Origin: Chrysomallon squamiferum | Lineage: Eukaryota; Animalia; Mollusca | DNA: 64,000 nt | Assembly (NCBI GenBank): GCA_012295275.1 | Contig: CM022677.1 | Span: 14,632,001 to 14,696,000, forward strand | Direction of reading: 5' to 3' | Shown: positions 12,841 through 24,330 of the stretch, piece after piece | Position numbering within the stretch: the stretch's first letter is position 1 | How the letters are laid out: each line of letters opens with the position of its first letter | The notes under the pieces: generated by a model | Told to the model about the DNA's origin: nothing | What the model saw: the letters and a program-made list of their open reading frames with translations, nothing else | Databases searched by the model: none | Made by a program: the position numbers and the translations under genes

Positions 12841-15800
12841 ATGGGTAATAGTTTTCTAATTTTTCTAATTCTAATTATGATCTTGTCTATAAATGTAAAC
12901 GGACTGAGAGATATTGAGAAATTAAATTCAGTTTTTGCAACATTTAAAAGTAAACATGCAAATATTATTTTTCTACAGGAAACATTTTGGGATAATGACT
13001 TCATTGAGAGATATAAACATTTATGGGAAGGAAATGTGTTTTATAATAATTGTCCAAATAAAAAAAGAAGGGGTGTAGCAATACTGGTATCAAAAGAATG
13101 TCCTTATAAGTTTACATTTAATAGTTGCGACAATGAAGGCAGGATTTTAAAAATTAATACGAAAATAGATGAAGAAGAATACAGTTTTATAAATGTATAT
13201 GTGCCAAATAATTGAAAAAAGAATTTAATTTTTTAAAGGATTATGTAAATTTGTGGATTTAAAAAAATAGAATAATGGCAGGAGATTTTAATGAAATTTT
13301 AGATCCTAATTTAGATTTGGGCATTAATAATAAAACTTTGAGTATGAAAAGTAGTAATGAATTACAGTCAGTTATTTTTAATTATAATTTAGTTGATATT
13401 TGGTGACACAGAAATCCAGATAAAAGGCAATTTACTAGATCTCAAATTGTTGAAAAACTATAAAACAGTCAAGAATTGATTTTGTTCTTAATTTCTAGAA
13501 ATTTATTACAGTTTATAAGTAATCTATACATATCCTATACCTCGGTTAGTGATCACAATTTTTTATCTCTGAAAATAGATTTTTCTCATGTAGAGAGAGG
13601 TCAAGGTATTCGGATCTTTAATAATGAATTGTTGAAAGATGAAAGTTTTTGTAAAGCTATTATTGAAGTTATTAATAATGCTTCTGAGTGTCCTTTGTTA
13701 CAGACTGAACCTAGTGTTTGGTGGGACAACTTAAAATATAAAATGAAAATGTGCAAGAAATTTTGCAATAAAAAAGAGAAAATCAGATAACGAAAAATAT
13801 TATAATATCCAAAATGCTTTAAAACGAGAATACGCTAAACTAGCTGTAAATAAGCATCATGATTTGAGTTGCATACAAATTTTAGAAGAAAAATTAAAAT
13901 TAATTGAGCGATCTAAATGTAATGGTGCTATTTTAAGATCTAAAGCTCATTGGAATCTAGATATGGATAGAAATACCACGGTTTTTCTCAGTTTAGAAAA
14001 ATCAAAACAAGAATCAAATTCTATTAAAGAGCTAAAAACAGTAAATGGATTAACAAAAAAAACGGAAGATATATTACAATATGCTTATGACTTTTATTCA
14101 AAATTATTTACACAAGAAAATGTAGATATTATTAAACAGGAAGAAATAATAAATTTAATATCAAATAAGCTAAAGGAATCTGAAAGTGAAAACTGTGAGA
14201 AAGACATTACAATTGAAGAATTAACTGAAGCTTTAAAAGAAATGAATAGAAATAAATCACCTGGTTTGGATGGTCTAACAGTAGAATTTTATGTTAAATT
14301 CTGGGAAAATTTTAAAAAGTTCTTTCATAAAGTAGTTATGTCAATTCAGAAAGAAGAAATGTTGTCACGTAGTATGAAAAAAGGAGTAATTAGTTTAATT
14401 TTACAAGAAAAAAGGAGATAAAGCAGACCTAAAAAAGTTCAGACCTATCAGCCTTTTAAATGTAGATTATAAAACTATTGCTAAAGTTCTTGCAAATCGT
14501 CTTAAACAAGTAATGTCAACTATTATTTCATCAGAACAAAGCTGTTGTGTAAAAGAAAGAGATGTTGCTGACAATATTATGCCAGTAAGAGATATTATAG
14601 ATATTGTCGAGTTAAATAATACAGAAGGGTATATAGTTAAAATAGATCAAGAGAAAGCTTTTGATAGAGTATCACATAGTTTTATTTTAAAAGTTTTGAA
14701 AAAATTCAATTTTGGTGATAATTTTATAAAGTGGATTAAAATACTATATAATAATATAAAAAGTTGTGTAAAAGTTAATGGACATTTAACACATTTCTCT
14801 AATATTACAAGAGGTGTTAGACAAGGATGTCCAATATCAATGATACTTTATGTTATTGTAGCTGAACCCTTAAATAATTTAATTAAAAAAAGACATAGCA
14901 TGAATGGAATTAGAATAACAAATGAACTTAATTCTATATTATTTCAGCATGCAGATGTTACTACAGTAACTGTCTGCGATGCTCAGTCAGTAGAAAATGT
15001 TTTTAATACAATAAATATGTATTGTAGTGCTACAGGGGCAAAAGTCAATGTAGATAAGTCAGAAGTACTTTATCTTGGTAAAACCATGATTGAAAACTTA
15101 TCTTTTAACATTCCAATATCAATAAATAAAAAGTGTGTTAAAATTCTAGGCATATATTTAGGACCAAATAAACCATTATGTGAAAGATTGAACTGGAAAA
15201 ATAAATTAGATAAAATGTCTAATTTAATTAACTTATGGAGTCAAAGGAAATTTACTTTACATGGAAAAGCTGAAGTATGGAATACTTTATTAACATCTAG
15301 ACTGTGGTATATGATTAGCACAATAAATGTACCAAATTGGGTAGAAAATGAAATTCATAAATTATTTTGTAAATTTATGTGGGAAGGAAAAACGCATTTA
15401 ATTAAATATTCAACAATAACTGGAAATAAAATGTCGGGTGGACTAAATATTCAAGATATTTCATTAAAGAAAATGGCTTTTCGTATAAAAATGTTAAAGA
15501 ATTATTTTGATAATAATTTTAAAAATGTGTGGAAATATACAATGTCAATATTTCTTGAAAAATATATGAATATGAATCTAAATTATGACATTTTTAAAAT
15601 AGTATACAGTAAAGAAGCTTTAAAAGTTATCAATCCTTTTTATGCTGAAATGTTATCAGCTTGGGACTATGTTAATAATGGAGAACGTAATTTCCCACTT
15701 GATACAGACGAAATATTGTCTCAGCCACTTTTTCAAAATCCATTCATTAAATATAAAAACAAATTATTATTATTTAGTTCTTTTATAAAAAGTGGAATAG

Positions 15801-16585
15801 TCAAAGTGGCTGATATTGCTTATGAAGTAATATCAGGTTTTCTTCCTTTACAAGCTATTGTAGAAATTATTCATGAAAAATCTCCAGAATTATCCAAAAA
15901 CCAAATTTATATAGCTTACAATGTTATTAAGAAATAACTTCCAGATGAATGGAAAAGTTCTATTAATAGAAATGCTAAAAGATTAACATCTAATAAAGAT
16001 TTATTTTTTTTCAGAATAATGAAATGATAAATGTCAGTAAATTTACAGTTAAAATAATTTATTCTATTTTAATTTTAAAAAAACTTTAAAGCACCAACTT
16101 GTGAAGAAAAATGGAATGAGCTTGGTTTTAATATATTCCGGAGAACAGTTTGGAAATGGATACACTATAGTGATAAATTTACTGAATTTATAGACTTAGA
16201 TTTTAGAATAGTTCATCATATAATATATACATATAGTAAATTATATAAATATGGCAAAATCTCATCTAGTGTATGTCCAGTGTGTTTGAAGGATGATGAA
16301 GATTTATTTTTGTATTGTGAAGAATTGAAGAATTGAAGAATTCATGAAATACATATTTATATATTTAAGAAAACAGGGTTTTCTCTAGAACAATTAAAAA
16401 GATTATTAATATTTGGATGTTATCTCAAAACTGAAAATAGTACAAAAGAATTTATTATTATTATTTTTTCAATTTATAGAATATCAGTGTTCAAAAGGCG
16501 TGTAATAGCTCAAATGAAAGGAACAAATATCAATATAATACACTTTTTTAAAATTATATGTATCAGTGCTTTAAAATCATTCTAA
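12841..16585 (+). pseudogene. Tx1 ORF2 (APE endonuclease, reverse transcriptase, C-terminal Cys finger), multiple stops and frameshifts
   Basis: APE motifs SINVNGL, IFLQET, GDFN, SDH; RT motifs KSPGLDGLTVEFY, RPISLLNVDYK, IDQEKAFDRV, GVRQGCPIS; catalytic YADD degraded to HADV; CPVC at about 16274. End coordinate approximate. Confidence 0.92.
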
Positions 16586-16916
16586 ATCAATATCGTATTC
16601 AAAACAAACTTTCAATTTTTATTAACAAATATGTTAAGAACAATATTTTCCTAGAACTAAAAGATGACATACTTATTTTCAAATATCCTTTGGAAAGCTA
16701 CAAATAATCAATATAGATATATCATGGAAATGGACAAAAGAATTAATACTATAAACTACTGTAAATATATATGAATATTCCGAATAAATAAGTATGCGTG
16801 CATGTGAGTGTGACTGAGTGTGTGAGAGGAAACAGTTTTTATTATTGTTATTTACAGTTTTAAAGTTATTTTAATTGTGTACAACTGGTGATTATACTAA
16901 TAAAGATAAAAAAAAA

Positions 16917-16928
<12 letters not shown>

Positions 16929-16957
<29 letters not shown>

Positions 16958-17019
16958 AACGCAGGGCTCGGACAGTACTTGGATGGGTGACCGCCTGGGA
17001 ACACCAAGTTCCGTAGACA
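16929..17019 (+). pseudogene. 5S: 5S rRNA gene, 3' part (nt 29-119, including the TSD and internal control region)
   Basis: CGGTTCTCGTCCGATCACCGAAGTTAAGCAACG...GGATGGGTGACCGCCTGGGAACACC..GTAGACA followed by a T-rich tract. Confidence 0.95.
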
Positions 17020-17025
17020 CGCCTC

Positions 17026-17061
<36 letters not shown>

Positions 17062-17400
17062 TTCTTTCTTTCTTTCTTACTTTCTTTCTTTCTTTCTTTC
17101 TTTCTTATTTTAAGAGCAACAGCAAGAGCCAATTGACATGGAAGCGAGTGTGTGCGTGGGCGCAGGTTTTGGAGTGACCGTGTTGTGTATGTCTGATTGT
17201 GTGTGTACGTCTGTTTGTTATTTCAGAACGAGCCTGTGTGTGTGCGTGTGCGTGTTTGCGCGTGCCGGTTCCAAAAAAGGTATCTTCCAACGTAAAATTG
17301 AATTGCGAGATCACGACGGCGCGATAATTAATTTATTTTCATGTATAAACATATAAACAAACAAACAAACAAAAACTATTAATAATAATAATAAGGATGA

Positions 17401-17460
<60 letters not shown>

Positions 17461-17861
17461 TAATAATAATGATGATGATGATAATGATAATAAAAACAAC
17501 AGCAGCAGCAACAACAACAACAACAGCAACAATAATAATTGACAGTGGACGGATGAAGCCCGACGGCTTTTTTCTTTTTTCTCGTCCGCCCAGTGGAGTG
17601 CAGTCGACCCGACCCGACCCTACCCGAGTGTAGCCGAACGGAGCTGAGCTGAGATTGGTTCCCATGGCAACGGTGAGATGAACGTTAGAAAACTGGGTCT
17701 CGGTACTCGCTACCGATGTCAATTTCTCCTTAAACACTGCACAAAAATTAAGAATAAAAAAATAAAAAAATATATATTGACAGTGACACTTTACGGTCCA
17801 TCACCACGAAAGACGAAATGCTGTTCACAACGACAACAACAACAACAGCAGCACCGCCACC

Positions 17862-17892
<31 letters not shown>

Positions 17893-17969
17893 GCAATAAT
17901 GCTAATTTCGTGCAAAATGACTCGTGAACACAGGATAAGTACGAAACCTTTCTATTATTATCATTACCG

Positions 17970-18002
<33 letters not shown>

Positions 18003-18210
18003 GTTATTATTATTATTCTTCTTCTTCTTATTATTATTATTATTATTATTATTATTTATAGTATAGTACAGTACCGTAGATGCACAGAGACACACACACA
18101 CGCATGGCGCTTTCTTTTTTTCTTTTTTTCTTTGAGTAGAAGAACAAGAAGATCGAATACTGCCAGCGCTTTATTTTTCTTTTTTAATTTCTTTATTTTC
18201 TTTTCTTTAC

Positions 18211-18241
<31 letters not shown>

Positions 18242-18254
18242 TTTTTTTTTTTTT

Positions 18255-18296
<42 letters not shown>

Positions 18297-18318
18297 CTCA
18301 TGTTTTTATCTTACTCGG

Positions 18319-18349
<31 letters not shown>

Positions 18350-18350
<1 letters not shown>

Positions 18351-18725
18351 GCAGTTAGTCCGAAAACATCTTTACGAATGGAAGATCGAGCCCACTCCAC
18401 AGACGACAGTGTGCCAAGTGTGCGTCGGTGCCGTGGACTCGGTCTTGCATGCGTTTTTTTGTTCACTGCAGCAAAACTCATTTATTAAACGTATTGAACC
18501 CTGTTGAAAAAAAGCAAATAAACCAAAAGGAAAAAAAAACACAACAATTTTGTTGGCAGCACCAAGTTCAAACTAAATCCGTATAGAATAATTTTTGGAA
18601 TCAAGCACACAAACGTGGCGACAACTTTGCATCGAATTTAGAGATTATTTTTCTCTCGTAATTTCGACGACTACACGAAACGAGAATTATTAGAGGGAGA
18701 TAAGCCGTGTAAGGAAATGAAGGCT
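18350..18725 (+). mobile_element. Fossil L1/Tx1-like ORF2 C-terminal fragment (duplicate of part of 19321-19910)
   Basis: LVRKHLYEWKIEPTPQTTVCQVCVGAVDSVLHAFF resembles the zf-RVT CX2C...H motif; followed by KLNPYRIIFG. Confidence 0.6.
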
Positions 18726-18772
18726 GTGACAGTGGACGGATGAAACCCGATGTCTTTTTTCCTTTTCTATCG

Positions 18773-18808
<36 letters not shown>

Positions 18809-18864
18809 TTTTAAATTATTTTGTTCTTAATATTTATTTCTTTATTTCTTTATTTATTTTTATT

Positions 18865-18919
<55 letters not shown>

Positions 18920-19149
18920 TTTTTTTGTTTGGAGTGACCTGTTGTGTATGTCTGATTATGTGTGTACGTATGTTATTTCAGCTCGCGCCTGCGTGTGTGT
19001 TTCTCTGTGTCTGTGTGTGTGCGTGCGTGTGTGCGTGCCTGCGTGTGTGCGTGCGTGCGGTTTGAAAAAGATACCTTCCAACGTAAAATTGAATTGCGAG
19101 ATCACGACGGCGCGATAATTAATGTATTTTCATTTCGATTTTATTATCA

Positions 19150-19205
<56 letters not shown>

Positions 19206-19320
19206 GCCATTGTTATCGTTGTCGTTATTCAGCGCACGCAACAAGAAGAACGAAGATAAATAGATGTCGGTTCGTCTTGTTTTTCTTGTTTTTTTTTTTT
19301 TTTTTTTTTTTCTTTTTTTT

Positions 19321-19492
19321 CTTTCAAATTTTCAGGCACTGCCGGACAATTCGGCAGTTGCCTCATCTGTTGACGAATAACCTACCCATTTACAATTGAC
19401 CAGGTTCTCTTCGAACATTAAAAATTAGTAAATTCTGTCTTAATTGAAAATAACGACGATTACGATTTAATTTATAAAATGATCAGACACGC

Positions 19493-19526
<34 letters not shown>

Positions 19527-19910
19527 ACAGTTAGTCCTAAAACATCTTTACGAATGGAAGATCGAGCCCACTCCACAGACGACAGTGTGCCTAGTGTGCG
19601 TCGGTGCCGTGGACTCGGTCTTGCATGCGTTTTCTTGTTCACTGCAGCAAAACTAACTCATTTATTAAACGTATTGAATCCTGTTGAAAAAAAAGCAAAC
19701 AAAAAAAAAAAAAAAAAAAAACACAACAATTTTTTTGGTAGCACTAAGTTCAAACTAAATCCATATAGAATGATTTTTGCAATCAAGCACACAAACATGG
19801 CGGCAACTTTGCATCGAATTTAGAGATTATTTTTCTCTGGTAATTTCGACGACTACACGAAACGAGAATTATTAGAGGGAGATAAGCCGTGTAAGGAAAT
19901 GAAGGCTGTG
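19321..19910 (+). mobile_element. Fossil L1/Tx1-like ORF2 C-terminal fragment
   Basis: DYDLIYKMIRH followed by the same zf-RVT-like segment; homologous to 33128-33682. Confidence 0.6.
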
Positions 19911-20393
19911 ACAGTGGACGGATGAAACCCGATGTGTTTTTTCCTTTTCTCTCGTCACATATATACATATATATTTTTAAATTATTTTTTTCTTAATATT
20001 TATTTCTTTATTTCTTTATTTATTTTTATTTTTTTTTTTTTTTGACCGTGTTGTGTATGTCTGATTGTGTGTGTACGTATATTTTTTCAGCTCGCGCCTG
20101 CGTGTGTGTGCGTGTGTGTGCGTGTGTGTGTGTGTCTGTGTGTGTGCGTGTGTCTGTGTGTGTGTGTCTGCGTGTGTGTGTCACGGTGTGTGTCTGTGTG
20201 TGTGTGCGTGTGTCTGTGTGTGTGCCTGTGCCTATGTGTGTGTGCGTGCGTGCGTGCGTGCGTGCCTGCCTGTCTGTGTGCGTGCGGTTTGAAAAAGGTA
20301 TCTTCCAACGTAAAATTGCGAGATCACAACGGCGCGATGGTGAATGTATTTTCATTTCGATTTTGTTGTTGTTGTTGTTATTACCTTATTGTA

Positions 20394-23300
20394 TCCGAAT
20401 TGTATTGAGATCAGATCACGGACTGTCCGAGAATATGACTGTGTGTTTGTTGTTGTTGTGTTTTACCCACAGCATGGCTCTGATGATGGCTACCAATTCT
20501 GCCGTATACACCGAAAGGTGATTTCTGATACGGCCGAACTGTATGCATGTGGGTTTGTTTATGTGATCTTGGGCTATGAAGGCGAATCCTACTCTCCTGT
20601 TGTCTGGGTTTTTGGTCCATTGATGTAGATGTGCGTGTGTTGTTTGTAGTGGTCGTTTGCTGCTGCCAAAAAAATGGCTTTTTTGAACGGTGGGATCTGT
20701 GTTTTGTCAGTTTCTCTTTTGATCAGGAAAGGTGTGTTTATTGTTGGTTTTGTTTCTTTGTGGTATGCCGACAGTGGCATTTCCCCTATTCCTGTTTACC
20801 TTTCGATTTCGCTAGCTGTTGTCGGGAAATTCGATAGCAGTAGACTATGCGATTTAAAGAGGTGTCCTATCCTTTGTTGGTCGGGGACCAGATCCTTGAC
20901 CGGGTGGTCTGTGTTGAGTGTGTGTATTTTCAGGTTGTATTTTAGTAGCTGCATTTTTCTTCTGTATTTTAATGGTTGGATGCTGTATTCTGACAGGAGG
21001 CTGTCGGGTGGTGTTGTGTTTGGCAGGTGGCCGATCACTCTGAGGGCACTTGATTGAATTGTGTCTAGTTTTTTTAAATAAAGTTTGGGAGCATTCAAGT
21101 AAGCCGTGGCTCCGTAGTCGAGCCTGGAGAGAATACATGCTTTGTACATCAAAATCAGCATTGACTCGTTTGCTCCCCAACTGGTTCCGGAAATTAACTT
21201 TAGAAGATTGATTGGTTTTTTGCAGGATGCAATTATTTTGTGCATGTGGCATCGGAAGTTGAGTTGACTGTAGAAATTTGAATGTCTTTGTTTGTGTTAT
21301 GATGTTGTTGTCGATGTTGAGTGTGATCTTGCTGTTGTCTGATTTCTTGTTGAAAAGGAGGCATGTTGTTTTGGAAAGAGAAATCTTTATGTCCCATTTC
21401 AACACTCAGTCGTTTACGTTGTTTAAGTCTTTTTGTATTTGTTTCTGTATTGCTGCGGTCGATCTGCCTGCACACCAAAAGGCGCAGTCGTCTGCAAAGA
21501 GTGCTGTATTTATTGCTTCCTTTGGTGGATTTCTGGCGTTGTCTTGTTTGTCGAGTGCTGTGACGATGTCGTTGAAGTACATGTTGAAGAGTGTTGGCGA
21601 GATCACTGATCCTTGTGGGATGCCGTTTTCGATTGTCGTTTTCTCTGAGGTGTGACAGTTTACTTTGACTGCTATGGATCTGTTGTTGATGAAGTATTTG
21701 ATAAAGTTGAACAGGTTGCCTTTGATGTTGTTGTTGATTAATTTAACGAGCAGTCCTTCCCTCCATACCATGTCGAATACTTTTTCAATGTCTAAAAAAA
21801 CTGCTATGACTTTTTTGATTTTCGAAAAGACTGATTAATTAATGTTTGCAGGCAGGTGATCTGGTTGTTTGTGCTGTGTTTCTTCCTGAAGCCGCTTTGA
21901 AATTTGCTGATTAAATTGTTGTCATTTAAATGCTGGTTCAGACGTGTGTTGATTATTGTTTCCAATATTTTTCACCTGTGTGACGTCAGCGTGATCGGCC
22001 TGTAGCTGTTGGGTAGTGAGTGATCTTTGTGTGGTTTGGGCAAGCTGAAACACTCGGCGTGTTTCCAGTTTGTTTGAATCTTTCCTGTTGTCCATATTGC
22101 GTTGTAAAGATCGAGTATGACGAGTAGTGTTTCGTCTGGTAGGTGTTGTAGTATTGTGTAGCTTATTTTATCTGGCCTCGTGTCTGTACTTTTCTTGTTT
22201 TTGAGGGTATGTTTTAATTAGCTGATGTTGAATAGTTGATTGTATTTCATGTTTTCTGTGTCTGCGGAGTGTTCGCCGATTGCTTGGTTGTCCAGTGGTT
22301 TCTTTGTGAATTTCAGTGGGAAGTTCGAATTGCTGCTGGACTTGGCGAATGTTTGGCTGAGTAGGTCTGCTTTTTGTTTTTCGATGAATGCGATGTTGTT
22401 TTTGCCGAGAATGTTGATTCTGTGTTTTTTTTTTTGCCTTGGATGTTTTTTACTTTGGCCCACATGTCTTTGACTGATGTTTTGTGGTCGACATGCTTTG
22501 TAGAAGCCTTCCCAGTCTGCTTTGTTGAAGTTCCATTTCGGTGTGAAGATGGGTCTGTCCGAGAAGGTGTTCTTGCTGTTGTAGTTGGTGAGTATCGGGT
22601 GGTGGTCGCTGTTTAGCTCATCGAGCACTTGCCATTCGGAGAGCGCTGCGATGTCCTTACTTGTGAATGTTACATCAATGGCGGTTTGGCCACCATTGAT
22701 GTCGCTGGTGTATGTGAATGTTCCGTCGTTCAAACAGACCAGCTGGTTTTGCTCTAGGAAATCTTCGAGGACGATTCCAGGGCTGTCGTCTGTCGAGCCA
22801 CCCCATAGAGGTGTTGTGACAGTTGAAATCGCCCACTATAATGAGCTTGTTGTTTGTTGTGATCATTTTGTTTAAGTCGTGGGTTTGAATGGTGTGTAGT
22901 GCGGGAGTGGGTGGGCTGTATATGTTAATGATGTCGATGTTTTGATTGTTGTTCTGTACTGTGATGCTGAGTATTTCTATGTTGGCGTGAACTTTGGCTT
23001 CGTTCAGCTTGGTGTGTGGAATGTCTTGTTTGACGAGAGTCATGATGCCTCCCCGGGTGCTGTTGTATCTTGTGACGTAATGACTTTGGTACCCGGGGAC
23101 CTTAAAGGTTTTTGTTGTTTTGTTGTTTTTGTTGGAATGTCCCAGCCATGTTTCTTGAATACATATTATGTCCGGTGTGTTTGTAGTGGAGGCCAGGAAG
23201 TGTAGTAATTCGTCTCCGTGGCCTGTTGAGTGAAGACTTTAGCGTTCATTGAAGAACGGAGAGGCCTGTGTTCTTGTGTGCTTATCGTGAAGAGTTTGTA

Positions 23301-24330
23301 AATGGCTGTTACTGTTTGTTTTGTTTTGTTTTTGTTCACTGTTGTTTTGTGTTTGTGGAATTTCTCCTGTCTGTGTGTAGTTTTAGTCTTTTGTCGTTTG
23401 TGTTTATTTTGAAACCCAGGCTGTCTTCAATTATTTGGGCTACTGTGTGTTCCAAATTGGCGTCGTCATTCCCGTTTCCTTGATTGGTTCTGATGTTTTG
23501 AAGCTGTATCAAGAGGCAGACAATGATTTTATGGATTTCTGCGATCCTGACCTCCTTGTCCAGATTGTCTGTCGGTTTGTTGTTGTGTTGGTCCATTTTT
23601 TCCATGATGGTTTTGGTTTTTTGTTCCTTTTTCTGGCATTTTTTGTTGATATTTTGTAAGACTTTGTTGTCTCTCCTGTTGTGTTCAAAGTTGTTGTTTG
23701 CTTTTATTTTGGCTGGGCACATCTTGTAGTTTGATTCGTGTGGCCCCTGGCAATTTGCGCATTTTGCCAGAGACCGGCATAGGCCTGAGTTTCTGTGGTG
23801 ATTTCCACCGCAGAAACTACACGTTAAATGTTTCGGGTTGTGTCTGTGGGTGCACTGGTTTGTGATGTGCCCCCATTTCTGACAGTGGCCGCACTTGGGC
23901 AACTGCGGCCTCATTTCTGCCAGTGTGTATTTGTAGCCATCAATGGTGATGGTTGTGTTTACCAATTTGCTGTTAAACGTCAGTGTGGTCCAGTAATTTG
24001 GCTTTTTCCACATTTCCACACCGACTAGTGTTGAATTTGTTTGTTGTACTAGTTCTTTGTTGAACATTTCAAAGAAATCTAGTTTGTTTGAATAGGGGTA
24101 ATAAAAACCCAAATCTTTTGAAATGTATTTATATATTGTTGTATCTTTTGCTTTTGTTGTTTGTTTAGGTTGATGTTGTTCTTGTTTCGTAATTGGTAGT
24201 TGTTTTGGCTGCTGTTGTGTGAGCAGTGTTTTTCTGGGTTGTGGTGTGGGTGTTTTTTTCTGTGTCTGTTCTGTGTCTGGGATTATTTTTGGTAAAAGCC
24301 TGACAACAAATGTTTCGTCCCAGATGGTAA
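20394..24330 (-). mobile_element. I-group LINE copy A, main body (ORF1 3' part, APE, RT, start of RNase H), 5'-truncated
   Basis: ORF1 with three knuckles (CGHCQKWGHITNQC, CSFCGGNH, CANCQGPH); APE IYSPP, GDFN, SDH; RT GIPQGSVISPTLF and FADD; many frameshifts. Confidence 0.95.

Larger units (their letters stand above)
11614..16928 (+). mobile_element. Full-length Tx1/L1-group non-LTR retrotransposon inserted in 5S rDNA (decayed)
   Basis: 11-bp TSD CGGTTCTCGTC at 11603-11613 and 16929-16939; short 5' UTR, ORF1 and ORF2; AATAAA at 16899-16904 and poly(A) at 16908-16928. Confidence 0.95.

Noticed and set aside
20589-23729. Plus-strand ORFs over the LINE copies (also 34-37 kb and 49-52 kb)
   Set aside because: Antisense shadows of the A/C-rich LINE coding strand; no independent motifs.
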